Notes: generated by a model not told the origin, from the sequence alone. A stretch of DNA of 64,000 nucleotides from Gammaproteobacteria bacterium (GCA_965222615.1 CBDCUI010000008.1:576001-640000), one strand, 5' to 3'. Positions 42,293-52,048 are shown, numbered from the stretch's first letter. Translations and numbers: made by a program.

Positions 42293-43141
42293 ATGGCAGC
42301 TGAAATCCAATTTAATCGCATTTTTTGTGCATCCAAAGTAGCCAAGATAGCTTTAGGGTTTGCGCTGGTATTCGTGCATCTTTACTTGCCTTTGTATGCG
42401 GCAAATACAGCTGAAATTGTAGACCGCACGAGTTTGAGGGTATGTGGTGATCCAAATAATTTACCATTCTCAAATGATAAAGGTGAAGGCTTTGAAAATA
42501 AAATTGCAGAATTACTGGCTGAGTATTTAGGTACTCCCATCGACTATACGTGGTTTCCACAAAGTCAGGGTTTTATTCGAGCAACCTTGAAAGATTACAA
42601 ATGCGATATTGTAATGGGGATATCAGCTGCACATGGTTTAGTGCTGAACACTAACCCATATTATAGTTCAGTTTTTGTGCTTATCTATCGTAAAGATCAA
42701 AAAAACAAAATAAGCACCTTGGCGGACCCTGAACTTAAGAAATTTAAAAAGATAGGGTTAGTAGCAGGAACTTCTCCCACGGAATTGATGCTAAAGCATG
42801 GATTGATAACACAAATGGCACCTTATCATTTGTATGTAGATACGCGAGTAAATACAGTTGGTAGTCAGATGATTCAAGATATTTTAGATAAAAAACTAGA
42901 TGCTGGTATTTTATGGGGCCCCATCGCAGGATTTTATGCGAGTCAACATGCTGCACAGCTGGAAATTGTTCCCTTGACTGCTGATGATACAGAGGAGCTT
43001 AGAGTGGTCTATAGAATTACCATGGGTGTTAGACCAGGTGAAGTGGAGTGGAAGAGATTGTTGAATACATTTATGAAAGAAAAAAAGTTGGAGATCGAGC
43101 AAATTCTTGAAGGCTATGGTGTTCCATTAGTAGATAAATAA
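42293..43141 (+). CDS. xoxJ: periplasmic binding-like protein XoxJ/MxaJ
   Basis: LRVCGDPNNLPFS..GEGFENKIA, WGPIAG, MGVR..E..WK. Confidence 0.92.
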   Translation: MAAEIQFNRIFCASKVAKIALGFALVFVHLYLPLYAANTAEIVDRTSLRVCGDPNNLPFSNDKGEGFENKIAELLAEYLGTPIDYTWFPQSQGFIRATLKDYKCDIVMGISAAHGLVLNTNPYYSSVFVLIYRKDQKNKISTLADPELKKFKKIGLVAGTSPTELMLKHGLITQMAPYHLYVDTRVNTVGSQMIQDILDKKLDAGILWGPIAGFYASQHAAQLEIVPLTADDTEELRVVYRITMGVRPGEVEWKRLLNTFMKEKKLEIEQILEGYGVPLVDK

Positions 43142-43399
43142 CGAGAACTAAGCCCCCATTTTATTTATGGGGTAATAAATATGGGATAGCTACTTCCCTG
43201 TAATGATGTACAAACCTAGTTGATGCACTAGTGATAGTTGCATGCTTGTTATTAATCTAAATAATTGTGATCAGACTAGATTTGTCTCATAGTATTTAAT
43301 TCACTTATTGCAAGATTTACTAAATTGAAAATCTAGTGAACTAGTTTTAAGAAAATGTGCCAAATAATAAATAGTTTGCAAATTGATTGTGAGAGAAGG

Positions 43400-44104
43400 A
43401 TGCCTATAGAGTTCAATATGCAACTTCATTTAATAATTACCTTAATATGTATGGTTTTGTTACCGATGTCATCTATTGCATCTGATGAAGAAAACGCAGA
43501 TGAAATACCATATTCTGAAGCCCAGTTGCTTATATTTAAACAAGCGCATTTATCTAATGTAGATAAACCTTCAATTTTAGAGTATGGATTTACCCAAACT
43601 GGCGACCAAAAATTTAAAGATGTCGTGAAAGCTAATATCACGCATGTTTATGAAGATGGAAAACGTGATTTAAGCTTTAACTTCTTATCAGGGACTAGAC
43701 AGAAAAATTTCCCTAAAATAACAGGATTTCGTGGCAATCCTTTGATTATGCTTTTTTTAGAATGGGATGTAGGCAAAATGGAAGATGTGCCAGGTATTTC
43801 AGCATCACAACATTATTTTAGAAATAAGTTAAGAATAGGGTTCTGGAAATACTGTAAAGTAGACGATGTTGAGATCTTGCATAATAAGCAAAGCTTTAAA
43901 GGCAAGCGTGTCAGTATGAGACCTTTTGCAAATAACGAAAAAGATAGGAGAATGGCGGCTGTCTTTGCGGATAAAGAATATGAAATTATTTTAGTTGATG
44001 ATATCCCAGGGCAGCTATATCAAATCAGTACAATTTTAACTTCTGATGAGAATGTAGCTATTGAGTCTACACAAATGACTTTTAATCAACTTGAATCTTT
44101 ATAG
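43400..44104 (+). CDS. exported conserved hypothetical protein of PQQ/lanthanide loci
   Basis: Signal-like N-terminus, GNPLIMLFLEWDV, YFRNKLR, IPGQLY; start 43400 or 43418 (track 43355). Confidence 0.65.
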   Translation: MPIEFNMQLHLIITLICMVLLPMSSIASDEENADEIPYSEAQLLIFKQAHLSNVDKPSILEYGFTQTGDQKFKDVVKANITHVYEDGKRDLSFNFLSGTRQKNFPKITGFRGNPLIMLFLEWDVGKMEDVPGISASQHYFRNKLRIGFWKYCKVDDVEILHNKQSFKGKRVSMRPFANNEKDRRMAAVFADKEYEIILVDDIPGQLYQISTILTSDENVAIESTQMTFNQLESL

Positions 44105-44109
44105 AATTA

Positions 44110-44487
44110 ATGAGTACGTACAGCCAGCCCGTGAAAGTAAAAAAGACTATTTCCATTTACAAAACTCTATCCTTGTTAAGTGGTTTGTTTTTACTTTCTA
44201 GTTCTATTATGGCGAATGATTTTCCTACTCAAGCCCGAGCGGAATATGTATTTGCTTGCATGGCAGCTAATGGCCAGGACCAGATAATGCTGGCGAAATG
44301 CTCTTGTGCGATTGACGCCATCGCTAAACATATGAGTTATGATGAATATGTTGAAGCTGAAACGGTTATATCGATGAGGATGCTTGCCGGAGAACGTACG
44401 GCAATGTTTAAAGAATCTGCCTGGGCAGCGGATATCATTTCGCGCTTTAATGAAATACAGGTAGAAGCTGAAGTGGAATGTTTCTAG
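44110..44487 (+). CDS. small exported Cys-rich conserved protein of PQQ/lanthanide loci
   Basis: NDFPTQARAEYVFACM, KCSCAIDAIA, YDEYVEAET, terminal CF. Confidence 0.7.
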   Translation: MSTYSQPVKVKKTISIYKTLSLLSGLFLLSSSIMANDFPTQARAEYVFACMAANGQDQIMLAKCSCAIDAIAKHMSYDEYVEAETVISMRMLAGERTAMFKESAWAADIISRFNEIQVEAEVECF

Positions 44488-44620
44488 GCTTTTGATAATA
44501 ATTAGACTTATTCTTAGACTAGTTCTAAATCAAACAGTAAAGTTATAATATTATAAAATATTAATATTCTTTATTAATCAATCATATCAATGAGTTATAA
44601 ATTCAAAATTCATAAAATTC

Positions 44621-44663
44621 AGGAAAAATTCACATTGACGCTAAACTTGTTTTTATAGATACT
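44621..44663 (+). promoter_or_regulatory. pqqA promoter with adjacent AGGAAAAATTCAC site
   Basis: AGGAAAAATTCAC-A-TTGACG-17 bp-GATACT. Confidence 0.55.
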
Positions 44664-44748
44664 GCAACTGTTATATAGCTATATTAAAAAGATATATAAC
44701 CGTATATACGAAGAACGTCATTAATACTTTACTCGAGGAGACGCAAAA

Positions 44749-44832
44749 ATGAAGAAATGGAAAAAGCCTTTAGTAGTTGAAAAATCTGTTGGGATGGAGA
44801 TCAATTGCTACGCTTGTGCAGATATCTCTTAA
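44749..44832 (+). CDS. pqqA: PQQ precursor peptide (27 aa, absent from the ORF track)
   Basis: MKKWKKPLVVEKSVGMEINCYACADIS with W..P leader and E-x3-Y core; GAGGAG RBS. Confidence 0.95.
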   Translation: MKKWKKPLVVEKSVGMEINCYACADIS

Positions 44833-44889
44833 ATATATAGACATATATATATACTAAAACTCTCCCTGCGCTATTTGTGAGCGAAAACA

Positions 44890-45105
44890 GTGTTAATACT
44901 AGTACTGGGCTCTGCAGCAGGGGGAGAATTCCCACAGCGGAATTGCAATACTAAACTTTATCGTAGCGCTCGCTACAACAAACCTTCAGCAAAACTTTTA
45001 ACACGATTTTCCATTGCAATGTCTTTAAGTATTGAAGACTTTGCATGGCTTCATGCATTTTCGGATTTACGCCTGTAAACTCATGCTTTGAGTGCCTTAC
45101 GTTGA
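44890..45105 (+). pseudogene. pqqB: decayed 5' fragment of pqqB
   Basis: LGSAAGGEFPQRNCN..TRFSIAMS..EDFAWLHAFSDLR aligns with the PqqB N-terminus GGGFPQWNCN..TQSSI..S..EDWVLFNASPDIR; two of the three conserved N-terminal Cys lost, stop at 45076-45078, remainder deleted. Confidence 0.88.
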
Positions 45106-45132
45106 CTGCAATAATTGCTTACTCAAAATTCA

Positions 45133-45435
45133 ATGACAACAGCCGAATCAAAGCAAAGACCACTAATCGATGAGGAATCTATTCCACGTTTAGCTGATCA
45201 TATTAGACTTCATCATGACAAAGTTCGCGAACAATGGGTGCTGTTGGCGCCGGAACGTATATTAGAGTTAAGTGGTCCTGCAGTGGAGATCATTCAACGA
45301 TGCGATGGTATTAACTCAGTTTCGAATATTGTACTGCAATTGTGTTCTGAATATGACGCACCTCAAGAAGAAATACAGCCAGATGTTGTAGAAATGCTGC
45401 AGTCCTTGTTGGATAAACGTTTTCTACAAATATGA
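45133..45435 (+). CDS. pqqD: PQQ peptide chaperone (RRE)
   Basis: D.VREQWVLLAPER, IIQRCDG, DV..ML; start at ATG 45133. Confidence 0.93.
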   Translation: MTTAESKQRPLIDEESIPRLADHIRLHHDKVREQWVLLAPERILELSGPAVEIIQRCDGINSVSNIVLQLCSEYDAPQEEIQPDVVEMLQSLLDKRFLQI

Positions 45436-45463
45436 CGCTTAATTAAAGTATGAGTCCTGAAAT

Positions 45464-46600
45464 ATGAGCAATGTAGATAAAAGTATTGGATTACCACTAT
45501 CAATATTGGCGGAGTTAACGCATCGATGCCCATTACAGTGCCCTTATTGTTCTAATCCCCTGCAACTTGAAAAAGCTGATACAGAATTATCCACTGAACA
45601 GTGGATTGACATTATGCAGCAAGCGAGTGAAATGGGTATTTTGCAAATTCATTTTTCCGGTGGCGAGCCTACGTTGCGTAAAGATTTAGAAGAATTGGTT
45701 TCTGCTGCCACGAATATTGGTTTGTATGCTAATTTAATTACTTCTGGTGTAAATTTAAACGAGGAACGCATAAGTAAACTTGCAGATGCAGGTTTAGCGC
45801 ATGTGCAAGTTAGCATACAAGATAGTGAAGAAGCCTTATCTAATAAAATTGGTGGTCATCGTAACGGTCATCAACTGAAATTGGAGGCTATGCGAGCAGT
45901 TCGCAAAGTTGGTCTACCGTTAACACTGAACGCGCCATTTCATCGCCTGAATATAGAGCATCTTGAAAAAATTATTGACATGGCAGTTGAATATGATGCC
46001 TCACGCTTAGAGGTTGCACATGTGCAATATTATGGATGGGCATATCACAACCGTGCTGCATTAATGCCAACACGTTCGCAATTAGAATGGGCTACGAAAA
46101 TTGTCGAAAAGGCAATTGAAGATTTACAAGGTGTATTAGTATTCGATTATGTAGTTCCCGATTACTACGCCAAGAAACCGAAATCGTGTATGGGGGGTTG
46201 GGCTAGACAGTTTTTAAATATTACGCCTTCTGGAAAGGTGCTGCCTTGTCATGCCGCAGAAAGTATCACTGATTTAAAATTTGATCGTGTACCAGAAAAA
46301 ACACTGCGAGAAATTTGGGAACATTCTGAAGCATTTGAAAAATACCGTGGTATTGATTGGATGCCTGAAACATGTAAAACATGTGAACGCCGTGATATTG
46401 ATTGGGGGGGTTGTCGCTGCCAGGCTTTTGCTATCACCGGTAATGCGGCCAATATGGATCCGGCGTGTGAGTATTCGGATCATCATGAGTATTTGGTTAG
46501 CCTTGCAGAACTGGATTCATCAAAAAATGATACAACATTTGATTACCGTCGAATTGGTGCTTTTGATAATATTTCTATAAAAGTTATCCAAAACGCTTAA
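45464..46600 (+). CDS. pqqE: radical SAM PqqA cyclase
   Basis: ELTHRCPLQCPYC, SGGEP, VQYYGWA, CMGGW, DWGGCRCQA. Confidence 0.97.
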   Translation: MSNVDKSIGLPLSILAELTHRCPLQCPYCSNPLQLEKADTELSTEQWIDIMQQASEMGILQIHFSGGEPTLRKDLEELVSAATNIGLYANLITSGVNLNEERISKLADAGLAHVQVSIQDSEEALSNKIGGHRNGHQLKLEAMRAVRKVGLPLTLNAPFHRLNIEHLEKIIDMAVEYDASRLEVAHVQYYGWAYHNRAALMPTRSQLEWATKIVEKAIEDLQGVLVFDYVVPDYYAKKPKSCMGGWARQFLNITPSGKVLPCHAAESITDLKFDRVPEKTLREIWEHSEAFEKYRGIDWMPETCKTCERRDIDWGGCRCQAFAITGNAANMDPACEYSDHHEYLVSLAELDSSKNDTTFDYRRIGAFDNISIKVIQNA

Positions 46601-46605
46601 TCATT

Positions 46606-47601
46606 ATGGATGATGTGACTCAGCCGTTTGCACAACAATATCTACAAGTAGACGTTAAACACACTCTATATCTAGAACAATCCGGCAATCCAACAGGTAC
46701 CCCAGTTGTATTTTTGCATGGTGGTCCCGGCAGTGGCTGTCAGCCAGGGCACCGTCATCTATTTGATCTACAACATTTTCATGTGATTGCAGTGGATCAA
46801 CGTGGTGCAGGGAAAAGTACACCTCACAGCTCACTTGTAAATAATACTACATGGGACCTGGTAGCAGATCTTGAGAAAATACGTCAGTATTTAGATATTG
46901 AAAAGTGGATGATAGTAGGTGGGTCTTGGGGAGCAACGCTTGCTTTTGCTTATGCGCAACGTCATCCCTCATTTGTCAGTGCGATTGTAGTGCGTTCATT
47001 GTTTTTAGGCACGCAAGCCGAGTTAAAACGCGCATTTATTGAAATTCCATCAATATTTTATCCAGAGCTGTATGGGAAATTTCAATCTTACATACCAAAA
47101 AATGAGCAACATGATTTATTAGCTGCTTACTACCGGCGCTTGTTACACCCAGATAAGGAGATTTCATTACCTACGATGCATATCTGGCATGACTATGAGC
47201 GTGCACTATCCCAATTAGTTTCTACATCTCCTTTCTTAGAAACCATACAACAAATTAAGGACTCCACATTTAATTATACTTTGCATTCTAAACCGAACAC
47301 ACCTTGTATAGAGGCACATTACTTTTCTCAAGACTGTTTCTTAAAGCCAAACCAGTTGTTAGATGACATGCGCATAATTTCACACATTCCTGGAGGAATT
47401 GTGCAGTCACGTTTTGATTTGTTATGCCCGCCACAAACTTCCTTCGAATTAATGCAGCATTGGAAAGAGGCTGAAATACTTTTCGTTGAAGCAGCTGGGC
47501 ACACCCAAAATGAAATGGGAGTTTTTGAGGCATTGCGTAGTCTAATAAAAAAGACTGCCGATAAAATAGAGAGTACAAGCAATATTTATTATGCTACATA
47601 A
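46606..47601 (+). CDS. pip: prolyl aminopeptidase (S33)
   Basis: LHGGPG, DQRGAGKS, NTTWDLVAD, GGSWG, catalytic Asp (RFDLLCP) and His (AAGH). Confidence 0.88.
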   Translation: MDDVTQPFAQQYLQVDVKHTLYLEQSGNPTGTPVVFLHGGPGSGCQPGHRHLFDLQHFHVIAVDQRGAGKSTPHSSLVNNTTWDLVADLEKIRQYLDIEKWMIVGGSWGATLAFAYAQRHPSFVSAIVVRSLFLGTQAELKRAFIEIPSIFYPELYGKFQSYIPKNEQHDLLAAYYRRLLHPDKEISLPTMHIWHDYERALSQLVSTSPFLETIQQIKDSTFNYTLHSKPNTPCIEAHYFSQDCFLKPNQLLDDMRIISHIPGGIVQSRFDLLCPPQTSFELMQHWKEAEILFVEAAGHTQNEMGVFEALRSLIKKTADKIESTSNIYYAT

Positions 47602-48802
47602 CACTCAACAGTTTCGTTTTATTATTTGGTCCTTTTTGTTATTTATATTATCTTTAAGTAGCTTCACTACTAGTAATGCTAAAAGTACAACGATTGAGCT
47701 TACTCAGCAAACACTGCAATATGATGGTAATACCTTTCAAGTAAACGTACCACGTGAATATAAATTAGAGTTGCTTGCAACGAACATGCAGCAGCCGCGT
47801 ATGATGCATTTCACGCGAGAGCATGAATTGCTCATTGGTTCGGGTTCAGGAAAAGTATATCGTCTACAAAGACCTTATAAAAATGCCAAACTGTTGGCAG
47901 ATGTTGGTGGTTACCCACACAGCGTGGCGGTACGTGATGGGCAAATATATATCGCCAAGACAGATGGTGTTTACCATACGAAATATTCATCAAAAAATAT
48001 TCCTATAGATAAAAAGAAATTGAAAAAACTTATTTCTTTACCAGGTGGTAGTGGTCATTCCAGTCGTACAATTAAAATTGGCCCGGATCAACGTATATAT
48101 CTCAGTCTTGGAATAAGTGGCAATTGCAGTAACCAATACATTGATCAGACATATAAAGAAAATCAGCGACGTGGTGGTGTAATGGTGTTAAATGAGTCTA
48201 GTAAATCACTACGCTGGGATCCTTATGCGACGGGTTTACGAAATCCTGTTGGTTTTGCATGGCAACCGTCTACTAATATGATGTATGTAACAAATAATGG
48301 TCCAGATCATTGGGGATACGAGTTACCACCTGAATACTTTAGCCGCGCACCTGCAGGCTCATTTCATGGTATGCCCTGGTTCCAATTTGATAACAATGAA
48401 TTGAAACGCGATAAATGTATTAAGATTGAACCTCCTCGTATGGATATTACGCTACCGGAAGTACTATTCCCGGCCCGCAGCGCACCCATGGGGTTTGCAT
48501 TTGTGTCGACTGGCGAATTAAAAAACAGTGCTCTTGTCGCTTTACATGGCTCTTGGGCTACATTACCACATGGTAAGTATATTGGTGATCCTGCTACACG
48601 CAGACCGCCAAAGCTAGTGAGAGTACGTTTCAACAACGATCACCGCGCTAAAAGTGTAGAAGATTTTATAACTGGATTTCAGCATGAGGATGGTGAGCGT
48701 TGGGCACGTCCAATAGACGTTGCCTTTGGTCCTGATGATTCGATTTATTTTACCAGTGATGCAGGCATTAATGGTTTGTTTTGCTTGCGCCCGACAAGCT
48801 AG
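47591..48802 (+). CDS. PQQ-dependent glucose/sorbosone dehydrogenase-family protein
   Basis: Signal peptide, HSSRT, GLRNPVG, SAPMG, ALHGSW, RPIDV. Confidence 0.88.
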   Translation: MLHNTQQFRFIIWSFLLFILSLSSFTTSNAKSTTIELTQQTLQYDGNTFQVNVPREYKLELLATNMQQPRMMHFTREHELLIGSGSGKVYRLQRPYKNAKLLADVGGYPHSVAVRDGQIYIAKTDGVYHTKYSSKNIPIDKKKLKKLISLPGGSGHSSRTIKIGPDQRIYLSLGISGNCSNQYIDQTYKENQRRGGVMVLNESSKSLRWDPYATGLRNPVGFAWQPSTNMMYVTNNGPDHWGYELPPEYFSRAPAGSFHGMPWFQFDNNELKRDKCIKIEPPRMDITLPEVLFPARSAPMGFAFVSTGELKNSALVALHGSWATLPHGKYIGDPATRRPPKLVRVRFNNDHRAKSVEDFITGFQHEDGERWARPIDVAFGPDDSIYFTSDAGINGLFCLRPTS

Positions 48803-48837
48803 GAAGTAAAAAATTAAATAATGAAGGAGTAATGTTG

Positions 48838-49368
48838 ATGATAAAAAAACTCAGTGTATTGGTAGTAATTTTCATGTGTGCAAATTTATTGTTTGCACAT
48901 GGACCGACTCGCCAAAAGGTCTCGGAAAAAATCATTATCGAGTCTTCTCCTGAAGAAGTTTGGAATGTGGTTAAGAATTTTCATGATATGAGTTGGCATC
49001 CAGCTATCGCAGAAACGACTGGTGAAGGTGGTAATGAACCCGGCGCAGCACGCACATTAACATTAGGAAATGGTGCAAAAATATTCGAAGTGTTAGAGAA
49101 ATATAATAAGGATGAAATGAAATTTTTCTATCGTATTGCAGATGTTGATGTGAGTGTGTTGCCAGTAACGAATTACTCGTCGTGGTTAATAGTGCGTGAA
49201 GCTGAAAATGATGCTACTGAAGTTGAATGGAAAGGCGCTTTTTATCGTGGTTTTCCAAATAATGATCCACCTCCTGAATTGAGTGATGAGGCTGCAGTGG
49301 AAGCGATTACAGGTGTTTATAAATCTGGTTTAGAACATCTAAAGAAATTATGTGAAGGTGATGCATAA
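48838..49368 (+). CDS. SRPBCC-family periplasmic protein, MxaD-like
   Basis: AHGPTRQKV, WHPAI, FYRGFPNNDPP; AGGAG RBS before ATG 48838. Confidence 0.85.
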   Translation: MIKKLSVLVVIFMCANLLFAHGPTRQKVSEKIIIESSPEEVWNVVKNFHDMSWHPAIAETTGEGGNEPGAARTLTLGNGAKIFEVLEKYNKDEMKFFYRIADVDVSVLPVTNYSSWLIVREAENDATEVEWKGAFYRGFPNNDPPPELSDEAAVEAITGVYKSGLEHLKKLCEGDA

Positions 49369-50320
49369 AGTATTGCTTAATGTTTTAAGCTGTTTACTGG
49401 TTTTCTATGCATCGACAGTACAGGCTGTACCCTATGCATTTATTACAAATCAAGGTGCGGATTCAGTATCCGTTATTGATACACGCAGTAATACAGTAAT
49501 CAAAACATTAAAGGTAGGTAGTAAACCTGCAGGTGTAGCGGTTACTTCAAATGGTAAACGTTGTTTCATCAGTAATCCGGAAAGCAAGAGCATTTCAGTG
49601 ATTGATGGAGAATCATTGGAAGTGGTCTCCAACTTTGTTGCTGGTGCGGGACCTTTAGGAATTGCAGTAAGTCATACGGATGAATATTTGTATGTTGCTG
49701 ATTGGTATGAAGATCTTGTGCGCGTCTACACAGTACAGAACTATCAGCTTGTTGCTGAAATTAAAGTAGGGAAATCTCCTTCTGGGGTCGTCGTACATCC
49801 GAATGGTAAATTAGTGTTTACGGCAGATCGGGATAGTAATGCAGTCTCAGTTATCGATAGCGAATCATTTACACGCATAAGCCAAATACAAGTTGGTGGG
49901 CGACCATTTGGACTTGCTCTTAATAACTCCGGTGATTATCTTTTTACAGCAAATGTAGCTGACGACAGTGTCACAGTCGTTGATGTTAAGAGCATGCAAA
50001 TAATTACAACAATTCCGGTTGGCGACACACCGTATGCAATTGCAGTATCAAAAGATGACAGCCGGATTTACGTCAGTAATCAGCATGATGACACACTTAG
50101 TGTTATTGCAACAGATAACTGGCAAGAGATTGAGCGTTTAGAAATAGGTGGATTTCCTGAAGGCATACTTGTGCACCCTGATGGCAAACGAATCTACATC
50201 GCAAACTGGTTCGATAATGAAGTAGCAGTTTTGGATGTTCAATCTCTTAATATTTTGACACGTATTCGTACACAAGATGGAAGTCGTGCTTTCGGAATTT
50301 TTATTCCTGGTGGTTCTTAA
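49361..50320 (+). CDS. YVTN-type beta-propeller protein
   Basis: Seven repeats of Y/F-V-x-N/D..D.VSVID..VG..P.G; signal peptide. Confidence 0.9.
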   Translation: MHKVLLNVLSCLLVFYASTVQAVPYAFITNQGADSVSVIDTRSNTVIKTLKVGSKPAGVAVTSNGKRCFISNPESKSISVIDGESLEVVSNFVAGAGPLGIAVSHTDEYLYVADWYEDLVRVYTVQNYQLVAEIKVGKSPSGVVVHPNGKLVFTADRDSNAVSVIDSESFTRISQIQVGGRPFGLALNNSGDYLFTANVADDSVTVVDVKSMQIITTIPVGDTPYAIAVSKDDSRIYVSNQHDDTLSVIATDNWQEIERLEIGGFPEGILVHPDGKRIYIANWFDNEVAVLDVQSLNILTRIRTQDGSRAFGIFIPGGS

Positions 50321-50382
50321 GTGACTAAAATTTAATTTGAGTAGTGTAGCTGCAGCAAAAAAAATAAAACAGGAAATAAAAC

Positions 50383-51297
50383 ATGCATGTACATTTGTTA
50401 GGCACAGGTGCAGGTGGTGGTTTTCCGCAATGGAACTGCAACTGTGATAATTGTAAACGTCTGCGTGCAGGCACAATTAAAAGTTCAGCGCGTACGCAAT
50501 CCTCGATTACTATTAGTGGAAATGGAGAAGATTGGGTTTTATTTAATGCTTCACCTGATATTCGGGCACAGATTGAATCTTTCCCACCACTACAGCCAGC
50601 TCGCCAGGTACGTGATACTGGAATATGTTCAATAGTATTATGTGATGCGCAAATTGATCATACAACCGGTTTAATTATCATGAGGGAACATAATAAACCC
50701 TGGGATGTTTATTGCACTGCTGCTGTTTACGAGGATATGACCACTGGTTATCCTATCTTTAATATACTAGGGCATTTTCGTGGCGTTAATTGGCATGAGA
50801 TTAAAACCGACCAATCCAGTTTTACCATCCCAAAGGCTGATGATCTTGTCTTTACTGCCGTTCCATTAAAAAGTGAAGCCCCTCCTTTTTCTCCACACAG
50901 ACACAATACTGTTCCCGGTGATAACGTCGGCTTTAAAGTTAAAGACAATAAAACAGGTAAAAATCTTTTTTACGCACCAGGCCTTGGGGTGATGGAAGAT
51001 CACGTTTTTGAATATATGCGAGATGCTGATTGCATACTCGTAGACGGAACAGTCTGGACTGATAATGAACTAGCTAAGAAAGGTATCAGTGATAAACGCG
51101 CAAAGGAAATGGGTCATCTGGATCAGTCTGGTAAAGGCGGTATTATGGAAATCTTAAGCACTCTTGAGAAGCCACGTAAGATTTTAATACATATTAACAA
51201 TACCAACCCGATACTGGATGAGGAGTCTTTAGAACATGCGCAATTGAAAGAAGCCGGGATAGAAGTATCTTACGATGGCATGGATATTATCCTTTGA
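50383..51297 (+). CDS. pqqB: PqqB hydroxylase (intact)
   Basis: GGGFPQWNCNC..C, RTQSS, DAQIDHTTGL, MGHL, HINNTNP. Confidence 0.97.
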   Translation: MHVHLLGTGAGGGFPQWNCNCDNCKRLRAGTIKSSARTQSSITISGNGEDWVLFNASPDIRAQIESFPPLQPARQVRDTGICSIVLCDAQIDHTTGLIIMREHNKPWDVYCTAAVYEDMTTGYPIFNILGHFRGVNWHEIKTDQSSFTIPKADDLVFTAVPLKSEAPPFSPHRHNTVPGDNVGFKVKDNKTGKNLFYAPGLGVMEDHVFEYMRDADCILVDGTVWTDNELAKKGISDKRAKEMGHLDQSGKGGIMEILSTLEKPRKILIHINNTNPILDEESLEHAQLKEAGIEVSYDGMDIIL

Positions 51298-51316
51298 TTA
51301 ATGAGAGGTTTTAATA

Positions 51317-52048
51317 ATGAGCGGTAATAACAATATTCCCTGGTCGAAAGAAGAATTCGAAGAAAAGCTGCGGGCGAAGTCTAAATTTTATCATCGGAAT
51401 CATGAATTCCATATCATGATGAATAATGGAGAACTCGAAAAAGAAGCAGTTCAAGGCTGGGTTGCCAATCGTTTTTATTATCAAGTTGCTATTCCTGTCA
51501 AGGATGCTGCAATCATGTCTAATTGCTGGGACCGCGATGTCCGTCGTCATTGGATACAACGCATTATTGATCATGATGGCAGCGAAGAAGATTCAGGTGG
51601 TATTGAGGCCTGGTTGGAATTAGGCGATTCTGTTGACTTGCCTCGTGAAGATTTAATAACTCATAAACATTTATTACCGGGCGTTAAATTTGCCATTGAT
51701 GCTTATGTCAATTTTGCTAGACAACAACCTTGGCAAGTTGCAGCCAGTTCATCACTAACAGAATTATTTGCACCGACGATACATAAAGATCGTATCGATA
51801 ATTGGCCAGATAAATATCCTTGGATCGACCAATCAAAAGGCTTTCGTTATTTTAAAAAACGCCTGACCGAAGCGCGTCGTGATGTTGAACGGGGTCTGGA
51901 AATTACACTAAACTATTATAAAACAAGAGAACAACAGGAAATGATGCTTAATGTTCTGCAATTCAAACTCGATGTTTTGTGGACCATGTGCGATTGTATG
52001 TGGATGGCCTATATTGAAAAGAAACCTCCTTATCATAATTGTCTGTAG
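51317..52048 (+). CDS. pqqC: PQQ synthase
   Basis: [37 protein letters not shown]. Confidence 0.97.
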   Translation: MSGNNNIPWSKEEFEEKLRAKSKFYHRNHEFHIMMNNGELEKEAVQGWVANRFYYQVAIPVKDAAIMSNCWDRDVRRHWIQRIIDHDGSEEDSGGIEAWLELGDSVDLPREDLITHKHLLPGVKFAIDAYVNFARQQPWQVAASSSLTELFAPTIHKDRIDNWPDKYPWIDQSKGFRYFKKRLTEARRDVERGLEITLNYYKTREQQEMMLNVLQFKLDVLWTMCDCMWMAYIEKKPPYHNCL

